Assembly: GCA_043816185.1 (NCBI GenBank) | Contig: JBDRIG010000061.1 | Coordinates: forward strand, 1 to 28,605 | Length of the DNA: 28,605 bases | Origin: Elusimicrobiota bacterium | Lineage (GTDB): Bacteria; Elusimicrobiota; UBA8919 | Reading direction: 5' to 3' | Part shown: piece by piece, positions 8,857 to 18,669 of the stretch | Layout: each line of letters begins with the position of its first letter | Numbering within the stretch: the stretch's first letter is position 1 | Notes under the pieces: generated by a model | Seen by the model: the letters and a program-made list of their open reading frames with translations, nothing else | What the model was told of the DNA's origin: nothing | The model's database searches: none | Translations under genes and position numbers: made by a program

Positions 8857-10293
8857 TTATTCTAATCTTAGTGCTGGAATCTGAATAATTGTTTCACCTA
8901 TTGGAATATCACGACCGACAATATTAAAAATATCTCCGGATGGCAAAAACCCCGCAACAATATATCCCCATTTTTTTGGATTACCTAAAATGTAGTTTTC
9001 TGGTAGTATCAATTCAATTAAATTTTCATCGGGGAAATTATTTATTGTAAATGTTTTTGGTTTAATTGGAAGACCTGTTCTGCTATATCTGCAAAATTTT
9101 GCATTAAAACTTGAAACGGAAATTGCGTATTCCCACGCAGAGATTGAGTCGGTAAAACCGTTATGTCCTGCAAGAAACGATGTGTTTCCTATACCGTCCT
9201 TTTCGTTTAGATCAATATAAATGTCAATAATTTCGTTTGTTATAGATGAAACAAAAATGTCAAAAATAATTCCACCTGTTGATTTTTTTATTCCAAATGC
9301 CGACAAATTGCAATCAGATAGGCTCATCGGAGGAGAAGCTTGCGTTGAAGAGCTTAAATAGGTGTCACCATTATTAGCAAAATCATCAGTAAAATAAACA
9401 ACATATTTGTCAGTCGTTGTATTGTTAGCAATTAAATCGTGACTTTCTAAGTTATAAAGTGGAATAGATATTGACGACGGCGATTCTCTGCCTATTACCC
9501 TATAGAGATTTGAAATTCCAGCACGAAACCACAAATCATTTTCTTTTTTTGTATTTGCGTCACGAGATATATAATTTTCAAACCAAATAGGTTTTTCCAA
9601 ACTGTAGAGTTCCTCTAAAGCGGTATTAAATTTTTCAATATTATACGATTCAGAATTTATATATTCAGCTAATTTTAGTTTTGCTTGCTTAATATAATTC
9701 CATGCAAGAGTTTGAACGGGTGCTCCAGACCACCGAGATAAATCACGAGATAAATCAAAAGAGGTTGTGCTGATTTCATTGCATAAATCTATTTTAATAC
9801 TATGAGACGTTACAATGGCGGAATAATTTAATTGCTTTATCATTTCAACACTATCACTTGAAATAATCTCTAAATATGGATAAAAAATTGTTGGTTCTCC
9901 CTCGAAGATTTCATAGTAAATCTTTTTGCCTTTCTCTATTTGTTGTTTAGCATCATCCTCAAGTTTTTCATTGATTAAAACAGGTAATATAACTTCAACA
10001 TATGTTGTGCCCGCAAATTCACATTTTTTTTCAGAATAAAGTTTTTTTATTGCTTCTTTATTTTCATCAGATAAATTTTCAAGCAAAAATGGTGAAATTA
10101 CCAAAATGTCTTGCGTTGGTGTAGACATGCTTATTGTTGGCGTAGATATATTTATTGTTGGTGTAGACATACTTAAGCTAAAAGTATCAAAAATGTTTTT
10201 TAATTCTTCCTCGTCAGATATATGTATAACAGAGCCATATGAAATGGTCGATAACAACAAAAATAGAATATAAAAAATTATACTTTTTTTCAT
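8857..10293 (-). CDS. Secreted protein with a degenerate GH57-like N-terminal region and C-terminal glucodextranase/DOMON-like domain
   Basis: Signal peptide; EFAGTTYVEVILPVL...QQIEKGKKIYYEIF resembles the GH57 N-terminal domain; IIDIYIDLN...GHNG...WEYAISV resembles the amylopullulanase C-terminal domain. Recognised by eye. Confidence 0.5.
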   Translation of the reverse strand: MKKSIIFYILFLLLSTISYGSVIHISDEEELKNIFDTFSLSMSTPTINISTPTISMSTPTQDILVISPFLLENLSDENKEAIKKLYSEKKCEFAGTTYVEVILPVLINEKLEDDAKQQIEKGKKIYYEIFEGEPTIFYPYLEIISSDSVEMIKQLNYSAIVTSHSIKIDLCNEISTTSFDLSRDLSRWSGAPVQTLAWNYIKQAKLKLAEYINSESYNIEKFNTALEELYSLEKPIWFENYISRDANTKKENDLWFRAGISNLYRVIGRESPSSISIPLYNLESHDLIANNTTTDKYVVYFTDDFANNGDTYLSSSTQASPPMSLSDCNLSAFGIKKSTGGIIFDIFVSSITNEIIDIYIDLNEKDGIGNTSFLAGHNGFTDSISAWEYAISVSSFNAKFCRYSRTGLPIKPKTFTINNFPDENLIELILPENYILGNPKKWGYIVAGFLPSGDIFNIVGRDIPIGETIIQIPALRLE

Positions 10294-10295
10294 TT

Positions 10296-10877
10296 TTAAA
10301 TTTTAGCAATACCGCAGTCTTTTGCCAGATGCACAATTTTATTCAACGCAATAATTTTTGATGCACTTTCCAAAACAGAAGTATAAAGATATGCCTCTTC
10401 AAAGTTTTTTCCAACAGCGAAGGAACCGTGACCTCTTACAACGACAACCTTGTAGGTCTTAAAAAATTGAGGAATATTTTCAGCGACACAGTTAGATGAA
10501 ATTACCTCTTTACATTTAGTTAAAATAGGAATTTCAGGTAAATAGTAACTACCTTCCGCATCTATTGGAATAATTTTTTTGAGGTTTAATGAAAGAGCAA
10601 TTGCGACTGGAGGATGGGCGTGGACAATTGCCTGAACATCAGGATTAACAAGGTAAATTGCTCTGTGAACCATGATTTCTATTGAAGCATTTTTATCTTT
10701 TTTGTCGTCCTTAAGGTTAACTGCTACAAAATCTCCACAAGATAAATCACCAAGTCGTGCACCGTGACGAGTAATATGTATTATATTTCCTTGACGACAG
10801 GAAACATTCCCGCTGTGCGAGTTGTTTAAACCCTGCACCATCATTTCCTGTCCGAATTTAATAATATTTTTAAACAT
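10296..10877 (-). CDS. Class II aldolase/adducin family protein (FucA/MtnB-like)
   Basis: SGNVS, ASIEIMVHRAIY, IVHAHPP and RGHG motifs. Confidence 0.88.
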   Translation of the reverse strand: MFKNIIKFGQEMMVQGLNNSHSGNVSCRQGNIIHITRHGARLGDLSCGDFVAVNLKDDKKDKNASIEIMVHRAIYLVNPDVQAIVHAHPPVAIALSLNLKKIIPIDAEGSYYLPEIPILTKCKEVISSNCVAENIPQFFKTYKVVVVRGHGSFAVGKNFEEAYLYTSVLESASKIIALNKIVHLAKDCGIAKI

Positions 10878-10892
10878 TCTTCTCCCAACTTT

Positions 10893-11627
10893 TCATTTTT
10901 CAAAAACAAATAAATGTTCGTGCATTATCAGTAAAAAATTATATTCCTGCGATTTTTTTGCCCAAAAAGGCGTGGTTTTACAGTTCCACTGATGTTTTAT
11001 TATGTCTTCTTTAAGTTTAAAACCAGCTTTTAGAAATTCCTGCATAACTCTATATGCTAAAGACACATAATATTTTTTTCTTCTGGTATCGCCAATAAGT
11101 ATTGCACAATATTTTTTAGGTTTTAATACTCGGACACATTCCTTCGCTACTTTTTCCATCTCATTGCAAAATTCATCTATATCATGGATATTAGATAAGT
11201 CGCCTTCTATTTTACCTTCGCTATACTTTATAATATCTGTATATGGCGGGTGTGTTGCTATTAAGTCAATTGATTCATCTTTAATTGATTTCATATTTCT
11301 TGCATCGTCAACATTAAACACTATTTTTACATTATGTTCCGACTTAAAATCAACCGCCTTCTTTGTCAAGTCAATCATTTTTGAGTTTATGTCAATTCCG
11401 ATAAAATTTCTATTGAGCAGTTTACACTCAATTGCCGTTGTACCGGAACCAACCATTTGGTCAAGAATAGTATCTCCTTCTTTTGAATATCGCAGAATAA
11501 TATTCCTCGGCATCTGCGGCGACCAGTTACCTCTAAATGACGAACTATGCGTAGCCCAGTCCCCCCTTTTTGGAAAAGACCATACCGTACTGCACTCAAG
11601 TTTAAAATCTATTGGATTATCTTTCAT
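10893..11627 (-). CDS. Amino (N6-adenine/N4-cytosine) DNA methyltransferase, second MTase of the R-M cassette
   Basis: DQMVGSGTT (motif I) then THPPY (motif IV), RVLKP. The ATG at 11627 overlaps the upstream stop as ATGA. Confidence 0.8.
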   Translation of the reverse strand: MKDNPIDFKLECSTVWSFPKRGDWATHSSSFRGNWSPQMPRNIILRYSKEGDTILDQMVGSGTTAIECKLLNRNFIGIDINSKMIDLTKKAVDFKSEHNVKIVFNVDDARNMKSIKDESIDLIATHPPYTDIIKYSEGKIEGDLSNIHDIDEFCNEMEKVAKECVRVLKPKKYCAILIGDTRRKKYYVSLAYRVMQEFLKAGFKLKEDIIKHQWNCKTTPFWAKKSQEYNFLLIMHEHLFVFEK

Positions 11628-12385
11628 TCTAATATTTGAAATTTGCATGTTTTTACTAACTGGATGTTATTGTAATCATTTTTATCGGTAAATTTAAATT
11701 GCCAAAGTAAATAGTTATCCGATTGCTTTTCAAAAAACAGAGTGAAAACATCTTTTTTTGTATGATGAGACCACTGACGAAAAGGATAAAATAATTGTCT
11801 TATTATTACATTATCAGTTTTAGAGTTTTTTGCCTCAATTAGAACTACTTTATTTTTACCTTCATAACCCGCATCCACTTCGGTTTGTACTCCGTCAACT
11901 TCTATAAGTTGTTTCCCGACATTAAACGAAAACTGCGGGGTATATTTTCTGCCTCTAATAGTTAAGACCAAACTATCATCATTCATAAAAGTTCTAATTA
12001 TGCTTGAAGCATAAGCAAAATCTAAGTGCTGCATTTCAGAATTACCTATTTTTGATGTATCTAATTGAAAATCTAGTTTTGATTTATGAATTGTCACAGT
12101 GTTCTTTATCAAAGGTATGTCGACATAACCTTCCCCTTTTACAATAATATATATTTTGTTTTTTACAGGTAAGATAAACAAATTATTTTCGATAAAAACG
12201 TCTGGTCTGTTTTCTCTGCTATCTTGTTTACACAAAATACGTGCTTCTATCTCATTTGTTTTTTTAAAATGTTGTCTCGTTGCATCTCTAATTTGCTGTG
12301 CCGTAATAATAAAGGGTTCTTTATTAAAATTATGCTTTCCAATTTTGTATTTATCAAATATATCTTTCCAAGGGGCACTATTCAT
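11624..12385 (-). CDS. Putative type II restriction endonuclease (PD-(D/E)XK fold, DUF6997-like)
   Basis: QTEVDAGYEG...LIEAKN...RQLFYPFR nuclease-like motif; lies between two MTases. Confidence 0.65.
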   Translation of the reverse strand: MNSAPWKDIFDKYKIGKHNFNKEPFIITAQQIRDATRQHFKKTNEIEARILCKQDSRENRPDVFIENNLFILPVKNKIYIIVKGEGYVDIPLIKNTVTIHKSKLDFQLDTSKIGNSEMQHLDFAYASSIIRTFMNDDSLVLTIRGRKYTPQFSFNVGKQLIEVDGVQTEVDAGYEGKNKVVLIEAKNSKTDNVIIRQLFYPFRQWSHHTKKDVFTLFFEKQSDNYLLWQFKFTDKNDYNNIQLVKTCKFQILE

Positions 12386-12395
12386 TAAAATCCTC

Positions 12396-13253
12396 CTAAT
12401 AATTCATAACTACCAATTCGCTTATTTCGCCGCGGTTGAAACCGTTGCAGTTTATTGAACGTCTTGCTTTTACATATTTAATTCTAAACTCTTTGTATAA
12501 TCCTTCTATAAATGGGTTAACAGAATTACTCAACATAATTTTACATTTTTTTTTATCTAACTCCCCTATTAAACTGGCAAGTCGTTCCTGCTCTTTTTCA
12601 CCAAATAAATCTTTGGTATAACCTGTAAAACTTGATGTTTTACTAATCGGCTGGTATGGAGGGTCAAAATAAAAAAAATCATGCGGCTTGGCATATTCCA
12701 AACACTTCTCAAAATCACCTAAAACGATTTTTACGTTTCTTAAAACGGTATTAACCATTTTTAAATTATCTACATCGCAAATTAAAGGATTTCTATATCT
12801 GCCAAAAGGCACATTAAATTTTCCGCTACTGTTGACTCTGTATAATCCGTTATAACAAGTTTTATTCAGGTAGATTGCCCTTGCTGCTCTTTCAAACATG
12901 TCTTTTGGTCCCTCATCCCTGATTTCATAAAAAACTTCTTCCGTATTGACAAACTTTCCACTATAAAGAATTTTTATTATTTTATTTACATCTTTTTTAA
13001 TTGCATGATAACAATTTATCAATCCCTCGTTTGAATCAATCAAAATAGTTTTTTTGTCATTTAATCTGCTTGTGCTATAAAGATAAAAGAAGACAGCGCC
13101 ACCGCCTAAAAACGGTTCAATATAGTTATTAAATTGGGACGGGAACAACGGCTCAATCTGTTTTAATAATTGACCTTTACCACCCGCCCATTTTAGGAAT
13201 GGCGTGGCTCTTTTTATATTAGACACACTTTTTTCCAACAATAATGTTCCCAT
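12396..13253 (-). CDS. dam: Dam/DpnM-family DNA adenine methyltransferase
   Basis: PFLKWAGGK, YIEPFLGGGAV, YNGLYRVNSSGKFNVPFG, DPPY, ARRSIN. Confidence 0.9.
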   Translation of the reverse strand: MGTLLLEKSVSNIKRATPFLKWAGGKGQLLKQIEPLFPSQFNNYIEPFLGGGAVFFYLYSTSRLNDKKTILIDSNEGLINCYHAIKKDVNKIIKILYSGKFVNTEEVFYEIRDEGPKDMFERAARAIYLNKTCYNGLYRVNSSGKFNVPFGRYRNPLICDVDNLKMVNTVLRNVKIVLGDFEKCLEYAKPHDFFYFDPPYQPISKTSSFTGYTKDLFGEKEQERLASLIGELDKKKCKIMLSNSVNPFIEGLYKEFRIKYVKARRSINCNGFNRGEISELVVMNY

Positions 13254-13261
13254 ATTTTATT

Positions 13262-14023
13262 TCATAGCCCGAAAAGTTTTTTTGCGTTTTCGTCGGTGAT
13301 TTTGGAAATTTCGAAAATCGGTAGATTTTTTATTTCTGCGATTTTTTCAGCAATATATTTTATGTACGACGGTTCATTTCGTTTGCCTCTGAAATTTTGT
13401 GGCGGAAGATATGGAGAATCTGTTTCCAAAAGTATTTTTTCAAGCGGTATTTTTTTTACAACTTCTCTTAAAGTCTTTGCGTTTGGATAAGTTATTGGTC
13501 CATCAATTCCGATATAAAATCCAAGTTGTAAAAACTTTTCTGCAAACTCAATTGTTGAGGAAAAGCAGTGAATAACTCCCGTAATGTTTTTTTGATGACT
13601 CAGTATATTAAAAACATCCTCTTCCGACTGTCCGATGGCAGACAGACCTGATCGACAGTGAATTATTACTGGCTTTTTGAATTTTACAGCAATTTCAAGT
13701 TGCTTTTCAAAAACAGCAATCTGTATTTTTTTATCAGTATTGTTTCTGTAATAATCAAGTCCGCATTCGCCGATTGCGACAACTTTTTCATCGTTCAACA
13801 GGTGTAAAAAATCTACATATTTATCGGCATCGTTAGGGTGAAACCCAATTGAACAAAAAATATTTTTATATTGTTTGCATAAATCCAAAGAACTTTGCCA
13901 CAGATTCGGTTCTATGCTTATTTCAATTAGCTTTGTAACGCCGCTTGAAAACACTCTCTCAATAACTTCTTTTCTATCGCTATCAAAAGAACTATCTAAA
14001 AGGTGGCAGTGTGTGTCAATCAT
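13262..14023 (-). CDS. tatD: TatD family hydrolase
   Basis: IDTHCHL, GFHP, AIGECGLDYY, IHCR, IHCFS, ETDSPYL, RGKRNEP. Confidence 0.95.
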   Translation of the reverse strand: MIDTHCHLLDSSFDSDRKEVIERVFSSGVTKLIEISIEPNLWQSSLDLCKQYKNIFCSIGFHPNDADKYVDFLHLLNDEKVVAIGECGLDYYRNNTDKKIQIAVFEKQLEIAVKFKKPVIIHCRSGLSAIGQSEEDVFNILSHQKNITGVIHCFSSTIEFAEKFLQLGFYIGIDGPITYPNAKTLREVVKKIPLEKILLETDSPYLPPQNFRGKRNEPSYIKYIAEKIAEIKNLPIFEISKITDENAKKLFGL

Positions 14024-14099
14024 ATTGCAAAATCATCGCTTAACGTTGATATGTTGATATGAAAAAACCATATCATCTTATTGCTATACCATCATTCAT

Positions 14100-15530
14100 T
14101 TATTCAAATTTGTCCATTCTGGGAAATAGTGGCTCTTTGATTTTTTTTTCAACCATTATCATTTTTATTTTTTCTGATGTCTGTGGCATAAAGGGTGAAA
14201 TTGCTTTTGATATTATTTCAATCGCCGATAAAAGATTTTCAAAAACTATATTTAATTTTTCTTTATTTGTCTTAAAAAGAATCCATGGTTTTTCTAAATC
14301 AATGGTTCTATTTGCCTCGTCAATAATTTCCCATATCAAATCAAGAGATAGGGTTAATTCAGTTCTTTCCATACTTTTTGTAAACTTTTTATCAAAATCA
14401 TTTAGTAATTTTCCGATCGGAAATTCAACATTTACTTTTGAAATAATACTTTCTAAAGAATATTTTTCTACCATTGAAAATGTTCTGGATATAAGATTGC
14501 CCAAATTATTTGCAAGGTCATTGTTATATTTTTCAAAAAAATTTTTTTCTGAAAAATCACCATCATCACCAAATTTAATTTGACGCAAAACAAAGTATCT
14601 GTAAGCATCACACCCATATTTGTCGATAAAATTATGTGGGTTGACAAAATTACCTTTTGATTTTGACATTTTTTCTCCATTAACTGTCCACCAACCATGA
14701 GCAAAAACAGTTTTTGGAAGTGGCATATCAAGTGATAGAAGTATAACTGGCCAAATAATCGTGTGAAACTTAAAAATCTCTTTTCCGACGAGATGAATAT
14801 CGCATGGCCAAACGTCTTTATTTTCTACAGCAGAAATATAATTTATTAGGGCATCAAACCACACATAAATTGTATGCGTTTCGTCACCTGGTACTGTAAT
14901 TCCCCATTTTACATTTTTTCTTGAAACAGACAAATCTTTTAATCCAGATTTTACAAAATTTACAATTTCTGAAGTACGCCACGATGGTTGTATAAAATCA
15001 GGATTTTTTTCATAATGTTCAAGAAGTGTATTTTGATATTTAGACAAATTAAAAAAATATGATTCCTCTTCCAAGCGTTCAACGCTTTTTGAACAATCAG
15101 GACAATTACCGTTAATAAGCTGTATATCGGTATAATATGATTCGCAACTGACGCAGTACCATCCGTTGTATTTTCCTCTATAGATATCGCCCTTTTTTAA
15201 TAATTTTTCAAAGACATCTTTGACTTTTTGCTTGTGTCTAAACTCAGTAGTCCTTATAAAATTATCGTTAGAAATGTTTAGTCGTTTCCATAGTAATTTA
15301 AAATCTTCAACTATGCTATCAACCCATTTTTGCGGGGTAGTGTTGTTTTTGCTCGCTGCCTCTTCTATTTTAGAACCATGTTCATCAGTACCTGTCAAAA
15401 AAAATACTTCTATATTTTTTAGACGATAATATCTGGCAATTACATCAGCCGCTATCGTAGTGTAAGAATGTCCGAGATGCGGCTTATCGTTTGCATAATA
15501 TATTGGCGTTGTGATATAGAACTTTTTCAT
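14100..15530 (-). CDS. metG: Methionine--tRNA ligase, short form without the C-terminal tRNA-binding domain
   Basis: TTPIYYANDKPHLGH, GTDEHG, CxxC...CPDC knuckle, YVWFDAL, KMSKS. Confidence 0.96.
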   Translation of the reverse strand: MKKFYITTPIYYANDKPHLGHSYTTIAADVIARYYRLKNIEVFFLTGTDEHGSKIEEAASKNNTTPQKWVDSIVEDFKLLWKRLNISNDNFIRTTEFRHKQKVKDVFEKLLKKGDIYRGKYNGWYCVSCESYYTDIQLINGNCPDCSKSVERLEEESYFFNLSKYQNTLLEHYEKNPDFIQPSWRTSEIVNFVKSGLKDLSVSRKNVKWGITVPGDETHTIYVWFDALINYISAVENKDVWPCDIHLVGKEIFKFHTIIWPVILLSLDMPLPKTVFAHGWWTVNGEKMSKSKGNFVNPHNFIDKYGCDAYRYFVLRQIKFGDDGDFSEKNFFEKYNNDLANNLGNLISRTFSMVEKYSLESIISKVNVEFPIGKLLNDFDKKFTKSMERTELTLSLDLIWEIIDEANRTIDLEKPWILFKTNKEKLNIVFENLLSAIEIISKAISPFMPQTSEKIKMIMVEKKIKEPLFPRMDKFE

Positions 15531-15553
15531 TTTATGTTGGTATGATTATATAG

Positions 15554-15623
15554 CACTACTTTGTTAAGTCCAGTTCGTCATTGTGACACAGTCTCAGTAA
15601 ATGAGTCGCTTAGCGAAGCAGTG
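15554..15623 (+). mobile_element. MITE family C, short 70-bp copy
   Basis: TIRs CACTACTTTGTTAAG...CTTAGCGAAGCAGTG with 4-bp TSD ATAG/ATAG; contains a single A/B-type end (ATTGTGACACAGTCTC). Confidence 0.8.
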
Positions 15624-15637
15624 ATAGCTTTTATTTA

Positions 15638-16453
15638 TCACCGTGAAGCCTTACAATTAGTTTTTTCCGTTGAAATCAGTTCTTTCCGTTGAAATTTTTT
15701 GGTTCGTCCGTCATCAAGTAAAACAGTTATTTCTGACTTAAAAATATTTATACCAGTAACCTTTCCTTTTCCTTCCAATGTTTTCACTTCACTTTCGATT
15801 TGTGGAAAATTTTTACTCTCGGATGTGTAAAAGTTATGTTCAAATGCAATACAACACATAAATCGACCGCATACACCAGAAATCTTTGCAAGATTAACAG
15901 AAAGATATTGGTCTTTTACCATGTCGGTTGTGACAGATGTAAAATCTTTTAAAAATCTTTGGCAGCAACACATTTCACCACAATGTCCTAATGAACCAAG
16001 AATTTTTACTTCATCTCGTACACCTATTTGAACCATTTGTATTCTTGTTTTAAGAATTGCACCCAATTCTTTCAGGAGTTCTCGAAAATCCACCCTTTCT
16101 TCTGCAGTATAGTAAATAAAAAGTTTTATTTTGTCAAAAGTGTATTCAATCATCGAGAGACTCATTTTTAATTCTAGTTTTTTTATTTTCTCAAGAATTA
16201 TTGGAAGTATTTTTTTTGCTTTTAGTTTGCTTTCTTCTACTCGCCTAACATCATCTTCAGTAAGAAGTCTTACAATTTTTTTCAATGATTCTTTCGTAGA
16301 TATCATTTGTTCTGGTATTACGCAGACACCAGTTTCTAATCCGTTTTCCGTCTCAACCAAAAGACAACTATTTACAATTACATCCATAGAACCAGCATCG
16401 CAGTAAATTATATCTTTCGTCTTTCTTACTTGAACTCCAATAGCAAGTGACAT
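15638..16453 (-). CDS. ricT: PSP1 domain protein, RicT/YaaT family
   Basis: YYTAEERVDFRELLKEL, QIGVRDE, GHCGEMCCC, ISGVCGRFMCCIAFE; directly downstream of holB. Confidence 0.9.
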   Translation of the reverse strand: MSLAIGVQVRKTKDIIYCDAGSMDVIVNSCLLVETENGLETGVCVIPEQMISTKESLKKIVRLLTEDDVRRVEESKLKAKKILPIILEKIKKLELKMSLSMIEYTFDKIKLFIYYTAEERVDFRELLKELGAILKTRIQMVQIGVRDEVKILGSLGHCGEMCCCQRFLKDFTSVTTDMVKDQYLSVNLAKISGVCGRFMCCIAFEHNFYTSESKNFPQIESEVKTLEGKGKVTGINIFKSEITVLLDDGRTKKFQRKELISTEKTNCKASR

Positions 16454-16540
16454 ATTAATATCAGAGAGTAAAAAATCAGCAATAAAAATTAAAACGCTTT
16501 GTTTTAATTTTTTTTAAGGATTAAGTTTGTCACTTAATTC

Positions 16541-17452
16541 TTAATTTTGTTTTTTATTCTCTGCTCCCAAACTAAGTCGTAATACATCCAATGTTAATCC
16601 GATATTAGTATTTCTTATTATGTAATTTTTCATTTTAAAAATATCTTCTAATTTTTCTGGTCTTTCAAGTCTCACTCTTGCAGCAAGTAGATTTAAAAAA
16701 TCAAGTGCACCTTTTCTTTCCTTAAATTTTTTGTTTAGAAATTTACCAGCTTGAAAATCAGAAACTATATTTTTGTATTCGAGAATATTTTTTTTATCCA
16801 TTGCTAATTTAATTGCTACTCCGAGAGAGCCACGTGCTATGGAATTTATAAATTCTGTTTCATCGGCAGATAAATCATATTTGGTAATTTCGTCTTTAAT
16901 TTCATTGTCTGTTAAGATACCAAAATAGATAATTGCACATCTCGAAATTATAGTTGATGGAAGTGATTTTGGAATCGAAGTAACTAAAACTATTACCGTA
17001 TTTTCTGGTGGCTCTTCGAGAGTTTTAAGAAGTGCATTTGAAGCATCTTTTTGCATCAGATGTGCATTATCAATTATTCTTACATTATAGCCGCCCATAA
17101 TAGGCCTAAACTGTAAATCTTTAATCATTTCCCTTATCTGATCGATTGCAATAGAGGTTTTTTCTTCTTGCGATACTATTGTTACAACATCAGGATGTGT
17201 TGCTGTTTCTATTTTTTTACACGACAAACATTTCTCACATGGTTTTTTGAAATCTTGCCCACTTGGTTTGGGTAGTTGAGCGGATTGTTGAGCGGGTGTA
17301 TCTTGACAATTAAGCATTTGTGCGAATTTAAGAGCAACCTGTTTTTTGCCGATACCAGATTGTCCTACAAACAAATATGCTGAATTGACATGGTTTTTTT
17401 CCACTGCCAAATTAAGCATATTTATTTGTTTCTGATGACCTATTATTTTCAC
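16541..17452 (-). CDS. holB: DNA polymerase III subunit delta-prime
   Basis: IIGHQ, AYLFVGQSGIGKK, PCEKCLSC, HPDV, NALLKTLEEPP, TIISRC; located between tmk and ricT. Confidence 0.92.
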   Translation of the reverse strand: MKIIGHQKQINMLNLAVEKNHVNSAYLFVGQSGIGKKQVALKFAQMLNCQDTPAQQSAQLPKPSGQDFKKPCEKCLSCKKIETATHPDVVTIVSQEEKTSIAIDQIREMIKDLQFRPIMGGYNVRIIDNAHLMQKDASNALLKTLEEPPENTVIVLVTSIPKSLPSTIISRCAIIYFGILTDNEIKDEITKYDLSADETEFINSIARGSLGVAIKLAMDKKNILEYKNIVSDFQAGKFLNKKFKERKGALDFLNLLAARVRLERPEKLEDIFKMKNYIIRNTNIGLTLDVLRLSLGAENKKQN

Positions 17453-17657
17453 ACAGCCCTTCCTTTAATCAGGTGTATTGCGATATATTTTAATATCCCC
17501 ACTCGCTTCTCATTTAATATTTTTTTACTTTGAGAAAGAATTGGGCTTGTATTTATCTTGTGAACACACGAATGAAAATCGAATGTTGAAATCCGAATAC
17601 AGCCAATATTTTATTCGATTAAAATTCGGCGCAATTATTTGATGTTTCGTTCGCGAT

Positions 17658-17954
17658 AAGAATGTGTCACAATTCCACTTTTGATCATTGCGAGAACCGA
17701 TTTATCGGCTCGTGGCAATCTCTTTCCGACGAGAAATGTTTTAAAGATTGTTTCGTCGCTCATTTCATTCGCTTCCCGCAATGAGACTGTGTCGCAATGA
17801 GCTAAAAAGTTGCATTTTTATAGAAGATAGCAACTGATGGTAAAATATGGTACTGCAATCCAACAATAGATGGTAAAAGATGGATTGCGACACAGTCTCA
17901 ATGACGACAAAATCGCTTGCAATGACACACGTTTTGCTATTGCGACACAATCTC
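17658..17954 (+). mobile_element. MITE family B composite with REP-like hairpin and nested MITE A
   Basis: AAGAATGTGTCACAAT...ATTGCGACACAATCTC flanked by GAT (17655-17657) and GAT (17955-17957); interior matches 6838-7095. Confidence 0.8.
17783..17899 (-). mobile_element. MITE family A, copy 3 (117 bp)
   Basis: Perfect 16-bp TIRs GAGACTGTGTCGCAAT...ATTGCGACACAGTCTC flanked by AAT/AAT. Confidence 0.92.
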
Positions 17955-17965
17955 GATACGCATCT

Positions 17966-18598
17966 CTATGTAATACGAGCCTCTATTTGTGTTTTTACAG
18001 CGTCAAAAACACATTCCGATATTTTTTCTATGGAAGCATTAGCATCTATTTTGATAAATCTTTTTTGGAATTTTTTCACAAGCCAAGCATACCCATCTCG
18101 TACTCTTTTATGAAACAACAAACTTTCATTTTCTAAACGATCTTTTTTTCGCAACTTAATACGAGCAAAACTTTTTTTAGTATTTAAATCAAGATAAATT
18201 GTAATATTAGGTTCCAAATTATTCGTTGCAATTTTGTTAAGACTCATTATCATTTCTACGTCAAGATGTCTTCCAAAGCCCTGATATGCAATTGTAGCAT
18301 CCGTGTATCTCTCGCAAATAACAATTTTATTCAATTTGATTGCGGGTACTATAATTTCTTCAGTATGCTGTGCGCGGCCAGCCTCATAAAGCAACAATTC
18401 TGCAATTGGCGAAATTTTGTTTTTAGAATTTAACAGAATTTTTCTTAATGTTTCTGCAACAATTGTTCCACCAGGTTCTCTTGTATGAACAACATCGTAG
18501 CCTAAATTTTTAAGTTTTTTTATCAAAAGAATCGACTGCGTAGTTTTTCCACAACCGTCAGAACCTTCAAATGTTATAAAAAAGCCTTTTTTTACCAT
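17966..18598 (-). CDS. tmk: Thymidylate kinase
   Basis: FITFEGSDGCGKTTQ, TREPGG, AYQGFGR, DRLE. Start chosen at MVKKG. Confidence 0.95.
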   Translation of the reverse strand: MVKKGFFITFEGSDGCGKTTQSILLIKKLKNLGYDVVHTREPGGTIVAETLRKILLNSKNKISPIAELLLYEAGRAQHTEEIIVPAIKLNKIVICERYTDATIAYQGFGRHLDVEMIMSLNKIATNNLEPNITIYLDLNTKKSFARIKLRKKDRLENESLLFHKRVRDGYAWLVKKFQKRFIKIDANASIEKISECVFDAVKTQIEARIT

Positions 18599-18669
18599 AC
18601 CATATTTATACGCTGTGCGACGCACGACGAAAGTTTTCTAAATTTTTTTGACGAATAAATGTATAAAAA

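Noticed and set aside
11164..14583. Long plus-strand ORFs 11164-11691, 12156-12458 and 14059-14583
   Set aside because: Antisense shadows of well-supported minus-strand genes.
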